Source: an uncultured Azospirillaceae bacterium
GTDB lineage: Bacteria; Pseudomonadota; Alphaproteobacteria; RF32; CAG-239
Length of the DNA stretch: 64,000 nt
Assembly: GCA_964410325.1 (NCBI GenBank)
Contig: CAYPFN010000001.1
Coordinates: forward strand, 67,845-131,844
Reading direction: 5' to 3'
Every line of letters starts with the position of its first letter. Position 1 is the stretch's first letter. This document shows, in pieces, positions 1 through 9,949 of this stretch. Under the pieces are notes generated by a model. The model did no database searches and was not told the origin of the DNA. It worked only from the letters and a program-made list of their open reading frames with translations. The translations under genes and the position numbers were made by a program.

Positions 1-796
1 TTTTGTAACGATTGAGTAGGGCTTCCGCCAGAATGTATTTTTGTCCGTCTTCTTCCATGACGGCGTAGTTGATGTCTTTGCCGACAGCCAGCATTAAATT
101 TGAGGGAAGCGTCCAGGGTGTGGTGGTCCAAACCAGTATTTTAAAACCGTTTTCAAGTTTAAATATAACGGTAATAGCGTTATCGGTTTTGTCCTGATAT
201 CCTAGGTTAACTTCAAAGTTGGAAAGAGGGGTTTCGGCTGCCCAGGAATAAGGCAGAACGCGATAATCTTCGTAAACAAAGCCTTTGTCATATAACTGTT
301 TAAAGTTGTTAATAACGCTTTCCATGAAGGAAATGTCCATGGTTTTATAATCATGATTAAAATCCACCCAACGGCCGATGCGTTTGAACATGTTAACCCA
401 GATGCCAGAATATTTTAAAACATCAGCCCGACAAAAATCATTGAACTTTTCAATGCCGTATTCTTCAATTTGTTTGCAACCAGAAACGCCTAATTGTTTT
501 TCAGCAGACATTTCAGCCGGCAGGCCGTGGCAATCCCAGCCCAAGCGGCGTTCGACTTTTTTACCGTTCATGGTTTGGAAGCGGGCAACGACATCTTTGA
601 CATAAGAGACCATAATATGGCCGTAATGCGGGGTGCCGTTGGCAAACGGCGGTCCGTCGTAAAATACAAACTCGGCGGCGCCGTCGCGGTTATGTACTGA
701 TTTTTCAAAAGTTTTATCTTCTTCCCAGAATTTTAAAATTTCTTTTTCAAGTTTGACAAAGTCAGGCTTTGCCTTTACTTCAGCATAATGTTTCAT
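1..796 (-). CDS. ileS: Isoleucyl-tRNA synthetase, N-terminal part; gene runs off the left edge of the window
   Basis: Reverse-strand translation from the ATG at 794-796 gives MKHYAEVKAKPDF...PPFANGTPHYGHIM...GWDCHGLPAE: class I HIGH motif and the IleS-type GWDCHGLP block. Confidence 0.85.
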   Translation of the reverse strand, partial: MKHYAEVKAKPDFVKLEKEILKFWEEDKTFEKSVHNRDGAAEFVFYDGPPFANGTPHYGHIMVSYVKDVVARFQTMNGKKVERRLGWDCHGLPAEMSAEKQLGVSGCKQIEEYGIEKFNDFCRADVLKYSGIWVNMFKRIGRWVDFNHDYKTMDISFMESVINNFKQLYDKGFVYEDYRVLPYSWAAETPLSNFEVNLGYQDKTDNAITVIFKLENGFKILVWTTTPWTLPSNLMLAVGKDINYAVMEEDGQKYILAEALLNRYK

Positions 797-1071
797 GATT
801 TTGTGCCTGTTAATTGGTTAAATTGACATTTTAGAAAGGTATGTGTAAGATATAAAGATGCAATCCCCTTAGGGGATAATAATGCAGATAAGATATGAAT
901 TAATTAAGCGCATCTTTGGATTTCTCATAAAAAATTGTTTCACGATAAACAGGCAGTAAAATACAATAACTTTTCAACAGCGTCAATAAGAATTTAACAT
1001 GAAAATAAGAGTCTGTATAAATCTACCTGGCAAGAAAAAGTTTTTCGGTTTGTTTATCCGCAGGCATATGA

Positions 1072-1815
1072 TTATTTAATGCTTCCTTTGAAAAGAACGG
1101 TTTTACGACTTGAGGAAAGTTTGCTTAAGGTTTTTTCCAGTTCCGTGTTGTAAGGCATTTGTCCGGTTTGCTGAAAAGTTTGTAAATTATTGATGTACTG
1201 GTTGTAACGATTGCGGTATGAAGGCAGATTTGGGTCAACAATCGAGGTTTGCGGCGGCTGCGGATGTGATACGGCATTGCTGGCATTATTTGCGATTTGC
1301 GTGTTGCGGTTGATGGGTTGTAGCGGTTCGGCAGTTTCGGAAAAAACAATCTCGTCGGCTGGCAGAAAGGAGGTTTGTTCCGGGAGGGGTGTAAAATATT
1401 CATTTTGTTGATGGTTCTCAGCTATATTGGTTTCTATGACGGCTATTTGCTCGTCGGCGGGCATTATGTCTGTTTTGCTTAAATTTTGTTCGGCAGTAGT
1501 TATGATTTCTTCTTCATAAACGGGTATAAAACGTCCGTCTACGGCAATATATTGTTTGACTTTTTTAGTGGTGGCCGATTGAATTGCCGCTGGCTGCGCT
1601 TGACTATTTTGCACTTGTTGGTGGTGGCGCTGTTCATAAACGGCGCGGGCAGAAGGCAGTTTGGACTGGACGGAAGGAATCGGTGGCAATTTTTCATAAC
1701 GCGGCTGCAGTTCTGCCTGCGGAATAAAAAAAATATTTTCAGCCTCTTGGGAAAACACGGTTCGGGCCAGAACTAACGTTAAAGCGGTTATCAAAAAAAA
1801 TGCGGTTTTATTCAT
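1072..1815 (-). CDS. Secreted Gln/Pro-rich low-complexity protein, function unknown
   Basis: 247-aa ORF with an N-terminal signal peptide (MNKTAFFLITALTLVLARTVFSQEA), then Q/P/N-rich low-complexity sequence. Confidence 0.5.
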   Translation of the reverse strand: MNKTAFFLITALTLVLARTVFSQEAENIFFIPQAELQPRYEKLPPIPSVQSKLPSARAVYEQRHHQQVQNSQAQPAAIQSATTKKVKQYIAVDGRFIPVYEEEIITTAEQNLSKTDIMPADEQIAVIETNIAENHQQNEYFTPLPEQTSFLPADEIVFSETAEPLQPINRNTQIANNASNAVSHPQPPQTSIVDPNLPSYRNRYNQYINNLQTFQQTGQMPYNTELEKTLSKLSSSRKTVLFKGSIK

Positions 1816-1858
1816 AATATTAACTCTAAATTGATAAATTGCCTGTAAAGTATAATAT

Positions 1859-2536
1859 ATGAAAAATCTTTTTTATATATTAATTTTTGCTTCAGGCATA
1901 TTTTTTTCTGTTCCAGCAACAGCCGCAGATCAGGTTTGCCAGAAAATTGTTCGGCCACCGGAAGTGACGGTGGCGGTTTCTTATGATCGCTTGAAATATG
2001 ACACAAGCAATAATAATCGCAGTCTGACTCGTATGCATTTACGTCATTATGGTGGCAAACTTCAGAGCGGTCGGCAGGTTCATAGTTTGGCAACATATGA
2101 TTTGAAGACGAAAATTAGTTTCAAGGTTGTTAAAAACACGCAGCCTAACGGGGTCGTTTGCGTTTATCCGACAGATATTGAACTGCATATTGAAATGAAA
2201 AATCCAGTTATTTATCTCTCAAAGGATTTGAATGCCGACAGCTGTGTTTATGAAGTTGCCCTGCGTCACGAACAAACACATCAGCAGATTAATGTGGAGG
2301 CGTTGGAATATTATATGCCGATTATTCAACAGCGTTTTCTTGATGCAGTGAAAGCGAATCCATTTATGAGCAGCAAGTCAGATATTAATATGACTTTAGC
2401 CAAGGAGAACTTTAATAAAAGTTATTTAGCCTCGATTAATCCAGTTTTGGAAGAACTGCAAAATGAAATCAATACCGAGCAGGCAAAGCTTGACAGTATC
2501 GAAAACTATGATTATGAAGCGGCACTGTGTCCGTAG
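1859..2536 (+). CDS. Secreted DUF922-like putative Zn-dependent protease
   Basis: Signal peptide (IFASGIFFSVPATAA); HEQTH (HExxH) motif embedded in VALRHEQTHQQI; size and layout typical of Rhizobiales DUF922 proteins. Confidence 0.5.
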   Translation: MKNLFYILIFASGIFFSVPATAADQVCQKIVRPPEVTVAVSYDRLKYDTSNNNRSLTRMHLRHYGGKLQSGRQVHSLATYDLKTKISFKVVKNTQPNGVVCVYPTDIELHIEMKNPVIYLSKDLNADSCVYEVALRHEQTHQQINVEALEYYMPIIQQRFLDAVKANPFMSSKSDINMTLAKENFNKSYLASINPVLEELQNEINTEQAKLDSIENYDYEAALCP

Positions 2537-3225
2537 GCTGAAGTTGTGGCTGCAGTTGCGTTTTTACAGTTTATAAGGACCTTGACACATTCCGTAATTC
2601 CTTTAAAGGCGGCATCAATATAGGTTTTATCCTTTGCTGAGTTGCTTTGGTAAAATATGCGGATGGTTGTCATGCCGATTTCTTTAGCAAATTCAAGGTT
2701 TGAATAACTGTCATCTACAAAAATGCAGTCAGTTGGGGCAAAACCAATTTTTTCACAGAAATGGCGGTAAACATCGGAACTTTCATTTTTCTTATACACA
2801 CCAAAGTCTTCCACAGAATAAAACCGGTCTTTAAAAATTTCATATAAACCAATATGTTTTAAAATACGTTCCGAGCATTCATGCGTGCTGGTCGTAAAAA
2901 TATATTGTTCAAAAGGAAGTTTTTTTAACAAATCCGGCAGTTCGGAATAAGGCTCAATCATATGAATAGGTTTGCGCAAATGATAGGTGGTTGACAGCGC
3001 TTCCGGCGAAATTCCATGGTTTTGGTAAAAATATTCTCCGCCATCGCGGTAAATTTTGTATGATTGTTTAACAAGAGCTTTACATTCGGCAATATCCATC
3101 TTAATACCCAGATCTTTAACCAGGGCTTCGGCCATAACTTCATCAAGTTTGTCAGCAAATTCTGGAGTAATCCGGTACAAAGTGTTATCTAAATCCCAAA
3201 TAATGACTTTTTTATTACAAAACAC
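2512..3225 (-). CDS. HAD-superfamily hydrolase, pyrimidine 5'-nucleotidase-like
   Basis: N-terminal HAD motif I (VIIWDLDNTLY), a later FVDDS motif, 237 aa. Confidence 0.65.
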   Translation of the reverse strand: MFCNKKVIIWDLDNTLYRITPEFADKLDEVMAEALVKDLGIKMDIAECKALVKQSYKIYRDGGEYFYQNHGISPEALSTTYHLRKPIHMIEPYSELPDLLKKLPFEQYIFTTSTHECSERILKHIGLYEIFKDRFYSVEDFGVYKKNESSDVYRHFCEKIGFAPTDCIFVDDSYSNLEFAKEIGMTTIRIFYQSNSAKDKTYIDAAFKGITECVKVLINCKNATAATTSAYGHSAAS

Positions 3226-3382
3226 AATAAATCTCCATTTATTTTAAGCAAACAATTTAAAGTATCACAAACATTTAATTCGTCAAGAGATAAATTTATG
3301 TAGAAATAATGAAAAAAAAGTTGGCTATTGCTTGAAATTAAGATTAAAATCTGGTTTATGGAAAAACTTAAAGGAAAAACAA

Positions 3383-4390
3383 ATGTTTCAAATGTATAAA
3401 GCTGGTTTTTTGTCTGTTGGGACAGTATTGCTCTGGGCGTTGATGAATGTTAGTTTGCGGTATTGTATTTTGGAATATAACTGTAATCAGTTTGCCATAG
3501 CCTGTTCTAATGCTATTTTTTGCGGGCTGGCTCTGATTGCTATCGGCAATTATAAAATAAATGTCTGGAAAATCTTGAAAAATTATCAGACTTGGCTTTT
3601 TGGCTTAATACAGGTTTTGCGAAATGTTTGTATGATTTCTGCTTTTGTGTATATTTCTTCTACTCAGGCAAACCTTTTGACAAATATTGAAATTGTTTTT
3701 TCCGTGCTGTTTGCCTGGATGTTTTTGAAACGTGCGCCAAGCGGGATTGATTTTACGGCTATGTTGTTTATTGTGTTTGGCTGTTTTATCTTAGTGGCGG
3801 GGGTTCCTTATGATGTCATGAGTGTTGCCATAATGTGGGTGTTGGCCGCTTCCGTTTTATCGGCTTTGCATGCTTTGTTTGCTGAAATTCACCCGGATAA
3901 CCGTAGTAATTTGACTATAAAAGATCGTTTCAGTGTTACTGGCTGGATTATGTTTGTCAGTGGTCTGGCTTTTATTCTTTTCTTTACGTTGCTTTCGATG
4001 ATTGCTTCTTTCTTGCCAGAGAACGTGATTGCCCATACATATGTTTTGCAATATTTGCCCGTAGCTTCGGAATATTTTGCTTGGAATAACTTAATGGGCG
4101 GTTTTGTTACAGGCGTGTTCTTTTATGCCATTTCAATGTATTTTTACCTTTATGCGGTCAGCATTTCAACCAGTGAATATTTTATGATGTACCGTTCGAC
4201 CCAGGCTGTGTTTACTTATGCGGTTGAGGTGGTTTTTAGCGTTTTCATTGCTCTGCCGTTTTTACCACTTAACGCCAATGATTGGTTTGCTGCGGTGACG
4301 ATTATTTTAAGCTCGCTGTGCATGATTTTGATGCGGACACCACGTGGTCAAAAGTTGAAAAAATTGGTTGAAAAAGTCTTTAAGAACTAA
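3383..4390 (+). CDS. DMT-superfamily (EamA-like) membrane transporter, paralog 1
   Basis: About 10 predicted TM helices; EamA-like motif NIEIVFSVLFAWMFLKR; ATG at 3383 preceded by AAAGGA; strongly similar to the downstream gene. Confidence 0.6.
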   Translation: MFQMYKAGFLSVGTVLLWALMNVSLRYCILEYNCNQFAIACSNAIFCGLALIAIGNYKINVWKILKNYQTWLFGLIQVLRNVCMISAFVYISSTQANLLTNIEIVFSVLFAWMFLKRAPSGIDFTAMLFIVFGCFILVAGVPYDVMSVAIMWVLAASVLSALHALFAEIHPDNRSNLTIKDRFSVTGWIMFVSGLAFILFFTLLSMIASFLPENVIAHTYVLQYLPVASEYFAWNNLMGGFVTGVFFYAISMYFYLYAVSISTSEYFMMYRSTQAVFTYAVEVVFSVFIALPFLPLNANDWFAAVTIILSSLCMILMRTPRGQKLKKLVEKVFKN

Positions 4391-4395
4391 CGAAA

Positions 4396-5412
4396 GTGGC
4401 AATTATGGTTAATATGTATAAAGCAGGAATTTTGTCACTTACGACGATTTTGTTTTGGGCTATTTCCAATATTTTTCTCCGTTATTGCGTACTGGCACAT
4501 GGATGTAACCAGTTTGCTATAGCCTGTTCTAATGCCTTGTTTTGCGGTTTGGCAATGATTGCTCTGGGAAATCATAAAATTAATGTTTGGAAAATTATTA
4601 CCAATTATCAGACATGGGTTTTCGGTAGTTTGCAGATTTTCAGAAATCTGTTTATGATTATGGCATTTGTTTATGTTTCTTCAACACTGGCCAATTTGCT
4701 TGCCAATATTGAAATTGTTTTTTCCGTGCTATTTGCGTGGTTTTTATTTAAGCGTAAACCAGGGGAAATAGATGTAATGGCTATGATATTTATCGTTTTC
4801 GGCTGTTTTATTCTTCTGGCCGGTCTGCCTTTTGATGTGATGGTTAAAGTTTCGGCTTTTGTTGCATTATCTTCATTTTTGAATGTTTTGCGTACCATTA
4901 TCGCCGAAATATATGATGATAATAAAGCAACACTTGGTGTTAAAGATCGTTTAAGTATGACAGGCTGGATTATGTTTGTCAGCGGTATAACATTTATTAT
5001 TGTTGCGGCGTTGCTTGCTTTCCTTATATCATATATACCGCAAACATTTAGGGAGGTGTTGCCTTTTCTTGATATGTTGCCGTCACCAGTAGAATATGTA
5101 TCAGCAAATAATATTTTGTGTGGTTTGATTAATGGGGTTTGTTTTTACGCTCTTTCCATGTATTGCTACTTGTATGCTGTTAGTCTGTCTAACAGTGAAT
5201 ATTTTATGATGTATCGTTCCACTCAGGCGATTTTCACCTATGTGGTTGAAGTGCTTGTCAGTTCATTTACGGTGTTGCCGTTTCTGTCGCTGACGGCCAA
5301 TGATTGGTTTGCCGCGGTGGCGATTATTTTAAGTTCGCTGTGCATGATTTTGATGCGGTTGCCACGCGGGCAGAGATTAAGAAAAATGGTGCGCGACGTA
5401 TTTAAATATTGA
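4396..5412 (+). CDS. DMT-superfamily (EamA-like) membrane transporter, paralog 2 (tandem duplicate)
   Basis: Shares long identical blocks with paralog 1 (CNQFAIACSNA.FCGLA.IA.GN.KINVWKI, NIEIVFSVLFAW, SEYFMMYRSTQA.FTY). Confidence 0.6.
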   Translation: MAIMVNMYKAGILSLTTILFWAISNIFLRYCVLAHGCNQFAIACSNALFCGLAMIALGNHKINVWKIITNYQTWVFGSLQIFRNLFMIMAFVYVSSTLANLLANIEIVFSVLFAWFLFKRKPGEIDVMAMIFIVFGCFILLAGLPFDVMVKVSAFVALSSFLNVLRTIIAEIYDDNKATLGVKDRLSMTGWIMFVSGITFIIVAALLAFLISYIPQTFREVLPFLDMLPSPVEYVSANNILCGLINGVCFYALSMYCYLYAVSLSNSEYFMMYRSTQAIFTYVVEVLVSSFTVLPFLSLTANDWFAAVAIILSSLCMILMRLPRGQRLRKMVRDVFKY

Positions 5413-5450
5413 GGCTGTTTAAGCTTGTTAGTGTAAATTCAGTGCTGTTA

Positions 5451-5800
5451 TCATTGCGGTGTAAATATATGCTTGTGTGTCTGAGAGATTTCTTCTTGAT
5501 AATATCTGGCAACAATATTTTCGTTATAATCCATGATTTTTCCGAAAGGTAGCATAAGTATTCGATTAATGTTTAAATATTTGAGGAATGCTAAGTCATG
5601 TGAAACCATGATGATTGTTCCTTTATATTCTCGCAAATGCAAATAATGTGGCAAGCGGTGTATTGATTGTTGAAGAATGGGCAACAGTTGTGCCGATGCA
5701 AAACGATGGTAGTATAACCCAGCTGGTAGAATAACCTTCCGGGCAGAATACGGTTAAAGTCGCCTCCACACAGAACAGTGCAGGCAGTTCTTTTGAGCCT
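5451..5800 (-). pseudogene. Eroded ABC-transporter ATP-binding protein gene (C-terminal fragment)
   Basis: 77-aa ORF contains the ABC H-loop/D-loop region (GTIIMVSHDLAFL). Upstream, in another frame, is a PEGYSTS remnant of the signature region. No intact Walker A ORF is present. Confidence 0.5.
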
Positions 5801-5851
5801 TAAATATATTTATCAGTATAATTTACAAGCAATAGCGAATCGCACGCTTGA

Positions 5852-7879
5852 TTATAAATTTCCGGTTTTGAATAATTTGTAATACTGATAAACCGAACCG
5901 TTGGGCACTGTCCAGCTGAAGTCTTTTTTCATGGCATTAGCCGTCATAATATGCAGAACATTCGGAGTGGTGTAGAAGCATTTTAGGGCTTTGTATAATA
6001 TGTCTGCGTAAGCGTCTACATTATTTTTCAATTTTTGCGCTTTAGCATCGGAGCCATAAACTCGTGTGCCGTTTAAAAAAAACACTTCTGTCCTGAAACC
6101 GTTTTCACAATCATCAATCGTGTCAACTAAACCGCCGGTAGACATGGCTATAGGCAGGCTTCCTTTGGCCATAGCTTCTATTTGCGTCAATCCGCAGGGT
6201 TCAAAGCGTGATGGCATTAAATAAAAATCGGCAGCTAACTGCAATGCATAGGCGAATTCATCACGATAACCACGGAAAACAAAAATACGCTCAGCTGCTT
6301 TTGTTGAAATTTTTTCAACATCATTTTTTAATTTTTGCAGTAACTTGTATTGTTCAATATCTCCGGCACCGCCCAAAACAAAAATCGGAAACTCCTGCCT
6401 GTCGTTAATTTTTTCTTTAATCAGCTTAATAATGGCTTCGGCGGCAATATCATAACCCTTTTGTTCAACCAGGCGGCTAGTGGCGCAAATAAACGGAATT
6501 TTATCGGCTTTAGCGCTTAATTCCGCGATGTCTTTGAAATGGTATATATCAATCAACGGAATTGTTTGGTCTTTATATTCTTTGGAGGTTGCTAGCAGAG
6601 AAAGCAAGCGGATGCATTCTTTTTTATTGCTTATTTTTCTATCTAGGCTGTTCTCATCATAGACTTTAAATTTAAAGTTATGAAAGTAGTTATTTATATG
6701 GTCAATTTTTTTCTGACTTGGTGAAATTAAATGTTTGGCATAACCATTAACGATGCCGAAAAACGTCCGGTGTCTTTTGCGGATTTGTAAAATATCGCGG
6801 AAGTCAAAGCCAAAGCCGAGTTCTTTGGAAACCTCTTCCATATAATTTTTTGACACGGTAACAATTCGGTCAGCCAGGTGGAAATTGGCAGATGCCTGAT
6901 TATAGCAATCGCAGACGATTAGAGTATTTGTTGCGCGCGGGTTGGCATTTTTAACGGCCTTGGCGTTTTTAAAGACTAAAACGGCATTATCTTCATATAA
7001 TGAATTTAAAATACGCGTTGTGTTCGGGAAATCCCATCCCTGATAACCTAAGTGGTGAGCAATATGAATAATCGGAATATTTTGCAGAACGGCGGCCGTT
7101 TGCTTAGAAATGTTTCCTTTATGCAAACGGGTCAAGGCATCATATTTGCATAACCCAGCCAATGCGCCGCTGTGCCAATCGTTGGCAATGAGGATGTTCG
7201 GATAAGGTATGCCGCTTATGTTATTTTCGGCGCATTCTTTGAGTAAAAAATAAACAACTTTGGAGAAGAAGGCAAACCGTTCGACTTCATTTATGTTGTA
7301 GTTATTTAAAACATAACAACCATCTTGAGTCGATGGGTTATTTTTGTGTGGGTTTATGGAAAAAAAACGATTGTTGCCGACGAAAATATAATTCACGCCG
7401 TTTAAGTTGCCAAGATAAAAATCAACCGTATAATTTGTTAGCACATTGTGTTGGCTGAAAAAAGGAATTTTTATGCTTTTGATTTTTATTACTTCTATCG
7501 AATATGTTTCCGCGCCGTGATAAATTTTACCGTCAAAAGACGCTTTCTTATTTCCAGTGTTGCCGATATACATCGGCGTTATGATAGAAATGGCGTGGTT
7601 TTGCCGGCTAAAAGACGTGTTGAAGTTTTCCGGCAGTTCGGAAGCAACCATGCCCAACCCTCCACATTTCATAAAAGTGGCGGTTTCCGCCGAAAGCATC
7701 CAGGCATTTATTTGGTCGATCTGTGGCCAGTTTTTTTTACCGAGACATTGTGTTTCTCCGACCTTTTGCATCGCTGATTCAAAAGAGGCGTGTATGGGTT
7801 GAAAAAAATTAAGATTTTTTTTATTAAACCCTTCTTGTAAAAAATCAGTTGAAAGGGACAGTGTTTTATGAATATTCAT
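5852..7879 (-). CDS. glgA: Glycogen/starch-synthase-like glycosyltransferase (GT5 family), unusually long
   Basis: KCGGLGMV (KxGGL motif), ANDWHSGALAGL, TSRLVEQKG, PSRFEPCGLTQIEAMAKGSLPIAMSTGGL, DFSW; about 675 aa from the ATG at 7877-7879, which has an AAGAGAG Shine-Dalgarno sequence. Confidence 0.7.
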   Translation of the reverse strand: MNIHKTLSLSTDFLQEGFNKKNLNFFQPIHASFESAMQKVGETQCLGKKNWPQIDQINAWMLSAETATFMKCGGLGMVASELPENFNTSFSRQNHAISIITPMYIGNTGNKKASFDGKIYHGAETYSIEVIKIKSIKIPFFSQHNVLTNYTVDFYLGNLNGVNYIFVGNNRFFSINPHKNNPSTQDGCYVLNNYNINEVERFAFFSKVVYFLLKECAENNISGIPYPNILIANDWHSGALAGLCKYDALTRLHKGNISKQTAAVLQNIPIIHIAHHLGYQGWDFPNTTRILNSLYEDNAVLVFKNAKAVKNANPRATNTLIVCDCYNQASANFHLADRIVTVSKNYMEEVSKELGFGFDFRDILQIRKRHRTFFGIVNGYAKHLISPSQKKIDHINNYFHNFKFKVYDENSLDRKISNKKECIRLLSLLATSKEYKDQTIPLIDIYHFKDIAELSAKADKIPFICATSRLVEQKGYDIAAEAIIKLIKEKINDRQEFPIFVLGGAGDIEQYKLLQKLKNDVEKISTKAAERIFVFRGYRDEFAYALQLAADFYLMPSRFEPCGLTQIEAMAKGSLPIAMSTGGLVDTIDDCENGFRTEVFFLNGTRVYGSDAKAQKLKNNVDAYADILYKALKCFYTTPNVLHIMTANAMKKDFSWTVPNGSVYQYYKLFKTGNL

Positions 7880-8050
7880 TATTGCTCTCTTATGTAAATA
7901 ATGTATCGGGCAGTATAGCATTTTTATTTGAAAGAACAACATAAAAAATACTTAATCTCTTGACTTGTGAATGTTTAATCACTAAGTTATTTTTTAGAAA
8001 GTGGTTTATGTCTATATATCAATACTGCGGCTAAATTAAAAGGGGAATAC

Positions 8051-8674
8051 ATGAAAAAAGAACATGGATTTTTTAATAAAAAGCAAGAAAATGCAAAAGT
8101 TGAAGAACAGGATGTTCGAAAAGAAGATTCTTTTGCTGAGGAAATGCCGGAAAATACAGAAGAGTCCAAAGTCGAACAAACCGTGGAGGACGGTGCGGAT
8201 GTTGCCGATATAAAAGATGTTGAGGCGCTGGTTAAAGAAAATCAAAGGTTGAAAGATGAATTTTTGCGGGTTTTAGCCGAATCGGAAAATATAAAAAAAA
8301 GGTGCGCCTCTGAAATTGAAAAAAACAGCCGTTATGCTATTTCGGCTTTTGCTAAGGATTTATTGTCCGTGGCAGATAACTTGCAGCGGGCTTTGTCAGT
8401 CAGCGGCAAAAATTTTCCGCTGGAGTGTGAGCCTATTCTTAAAGGGGTTGAATTGACACAAAATGAACTTAACCATGTTTTTTCCAAATTTGGAATTGTG
8501 GCGATGGCTGACGTTGGTAAAATTTTTGATCCGAATTATCATCGCGTGGTTCAAGAAGTGGAAGATGCGACAAAACCGAGCGGTATGATAATTTCAGAGT
8601 TGCAAACTGGATATTTGATTAATGGACGGATTTTGCGCGAGGCGATGGTCGTGGTTACCAAAGGCGGAAAATAA
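8051..8674 (+). CDS. grpE: Nucleotide exchange factor GrpE
   Basis: 207 aa, acidic N-terminus, conserved GrpE core (LRVLAESENIKKR...AKDLLSVADNLQRAL...VVTKGG). Confidence 0.85.
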   Translation: MKKEHGFFNKKQENAKVEEQDVRKEDSFAEEMPENTEESKVEQTVEDGADVADIKDVEALVKENQRLKDEFLRVLAESENIKKRCASEIEKNSRYAISAFAKDLLSVADNLQRALSVSGKNFPLECEPILKGVELTQNELNHVFSKFGIVAMADVGKIFDPNYHRVVQEVEDATKPSGMIISELQTGYLINGRILREAMVVVTKGGK

Positions 8675-8806
8675 GTAAAATAAACAGAAGAGCCTGCAAA
8701 GGGAAATTTTAAAACCGCTGGTTTGCCTTGTTTTAAAGTAATATTCTTGTGAAGTAACGCAAAATTGTAGTTTTTTTATTGAAATTATTTGTTTATACTT
8801 CGGCCC

Positions 8807-9949
8807 ATGAAGAAATTGAATCTTTATATATTGTGGCAAGTGTCGATTGGTTTTTTGCTGGTGGCTTTTTCTTTGTTGGCCATGTTATGGCTGACACAGT
8901 CCTTGCGTTTTGTAGAAATGGTTACCAATAAAGGGTTGCCACTGTATATGTTTGTGGAATTAACTTCCCTTTTAATGCCGCGGCTGTTTTCAATTTTATC
9001 GCCGATTGCCCTGTTTGCCTCGGTAATGTTTGTTTATAATCGAATGCTTGCCGATCGAGAGCTGGTTATTATGCAGGCCGCCGGAATCAGCCCGTGGCGT
9101 AATGCACGGGCCGTCGTATATGTAGGGCTGGCTTTGACGGGATTTAGCTTTTATGTGCAAAATGTGACTATTCCGGTAGCGGAAAACACTTTTCGCAATT
9201 TGGAATGGGAAATAAAAAATAATGTTTCACACTTAATGTTTCGTGAAGGTGAGTTTACATCCATCCAGTCTAATTTGACGGTTTTTGTTTCCAAACATGA
9301 GCAAGATGGTGCTGTTGTCGGTATTTTGCTCAATGATGAGAGAGATCCAGGGAAAAAGGTAACTTTGTCGGCAGAAAAAGGTAGAATTGTCTATACAGAC
9401 AACGGGCCACGAATCATTTTGATTAAGGGCGTCCGCCAAGAGGTCAGCCGCGCGGGGACAAATTTTTCGTCATTGAAGTTTGACCGTTATTCGGTTGATT
9501 TAGGGTATATGGGCTCAAAACAAATGAAAGGCGCCTCTGTGCGCGAGAAATCGCTCTGGGAACTTTTAAATGCAGATAAAGATGCAAGTTTGACGACTGA
9601 GGATATGCGCAAATATATTGTTGAAGGGCATCGGCGCTTAGTTACGCCGTGGTATAATCTGGTATTTGCGCTGTTAGCCTGTACGGGGCTGCTTATCGGT
9701 AATTTTAACCGTCGCGGTCAAACAAAAATTATCAGTATTTCTGTTTTGATTATGATTTTGGTGCAGGGAAATGATTTAATTGTTACTAATTTGGCAGGAC
9801 GCTCATTGTATTTTTTGCCAATGTTGTATGTAAACTGTTTTGTATCCTTGGCAATTTGTATTTATCTGTTGTTGTTTTATAATCCGTTTCTCTTTATGAA
9901 AAGCCATTTAAAAGGGGGCCGTTTGAAAGAAAAGGGCGTCGCCGTATGA
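8807..9949 (+). CDS. lptG: LPS export ABC permease of the LptF/LptG (YjgP/YjgQ) family, probably LptG
   Basis: Six TM helices with a periplasmic domain; lies immediately upstream of lptD and overlaps it by 4 bp. The ORF table starts at a TTG at 8789; the ATG at 8807 is preferred. Confidence 0.65.
   Translation: MKKLNLYILWQVSIGFLLVAFSLLAMLWLTQSLRFVEMVTNKGLPLYMFVELTSLLMPRLFSILSPIALFASVMFVYNRMLADRELVIMQAAGISPWRNARAVVYVGLALTGFSFYVQNVTIPVAENTFRNLEWEIKNNVSHLMFREGEFTSIQSNLTVFVSKHEQDGAVVGILLNDERDPGKKVTLSAEKGRIVYTDNGPRIILIKGVRQEVSRAGTNFSSLKFDRYSVDLGYMGSKQMKGASVREKSLWELLNADKDASLTTEDMRKYIVEGHRRLVTPWYNLVFALLACTGLLIGNFNRRGQTKIISISVLIMILVQGNDLIVTNLAGRSLYFLPMLYVNCFVSLAICIYLLLFYNPFLFMKSHLKGGRLKEKGVAV

Noticed and set aside
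3332-3382. Longer N-terminus (MKLRLKSG...) for DMT paralog 1
   Set aside because: Paralog 2 aligns from MYKAG. The ATG at 3383 has a good AAAGGA Shine-Dalgarno sequence.
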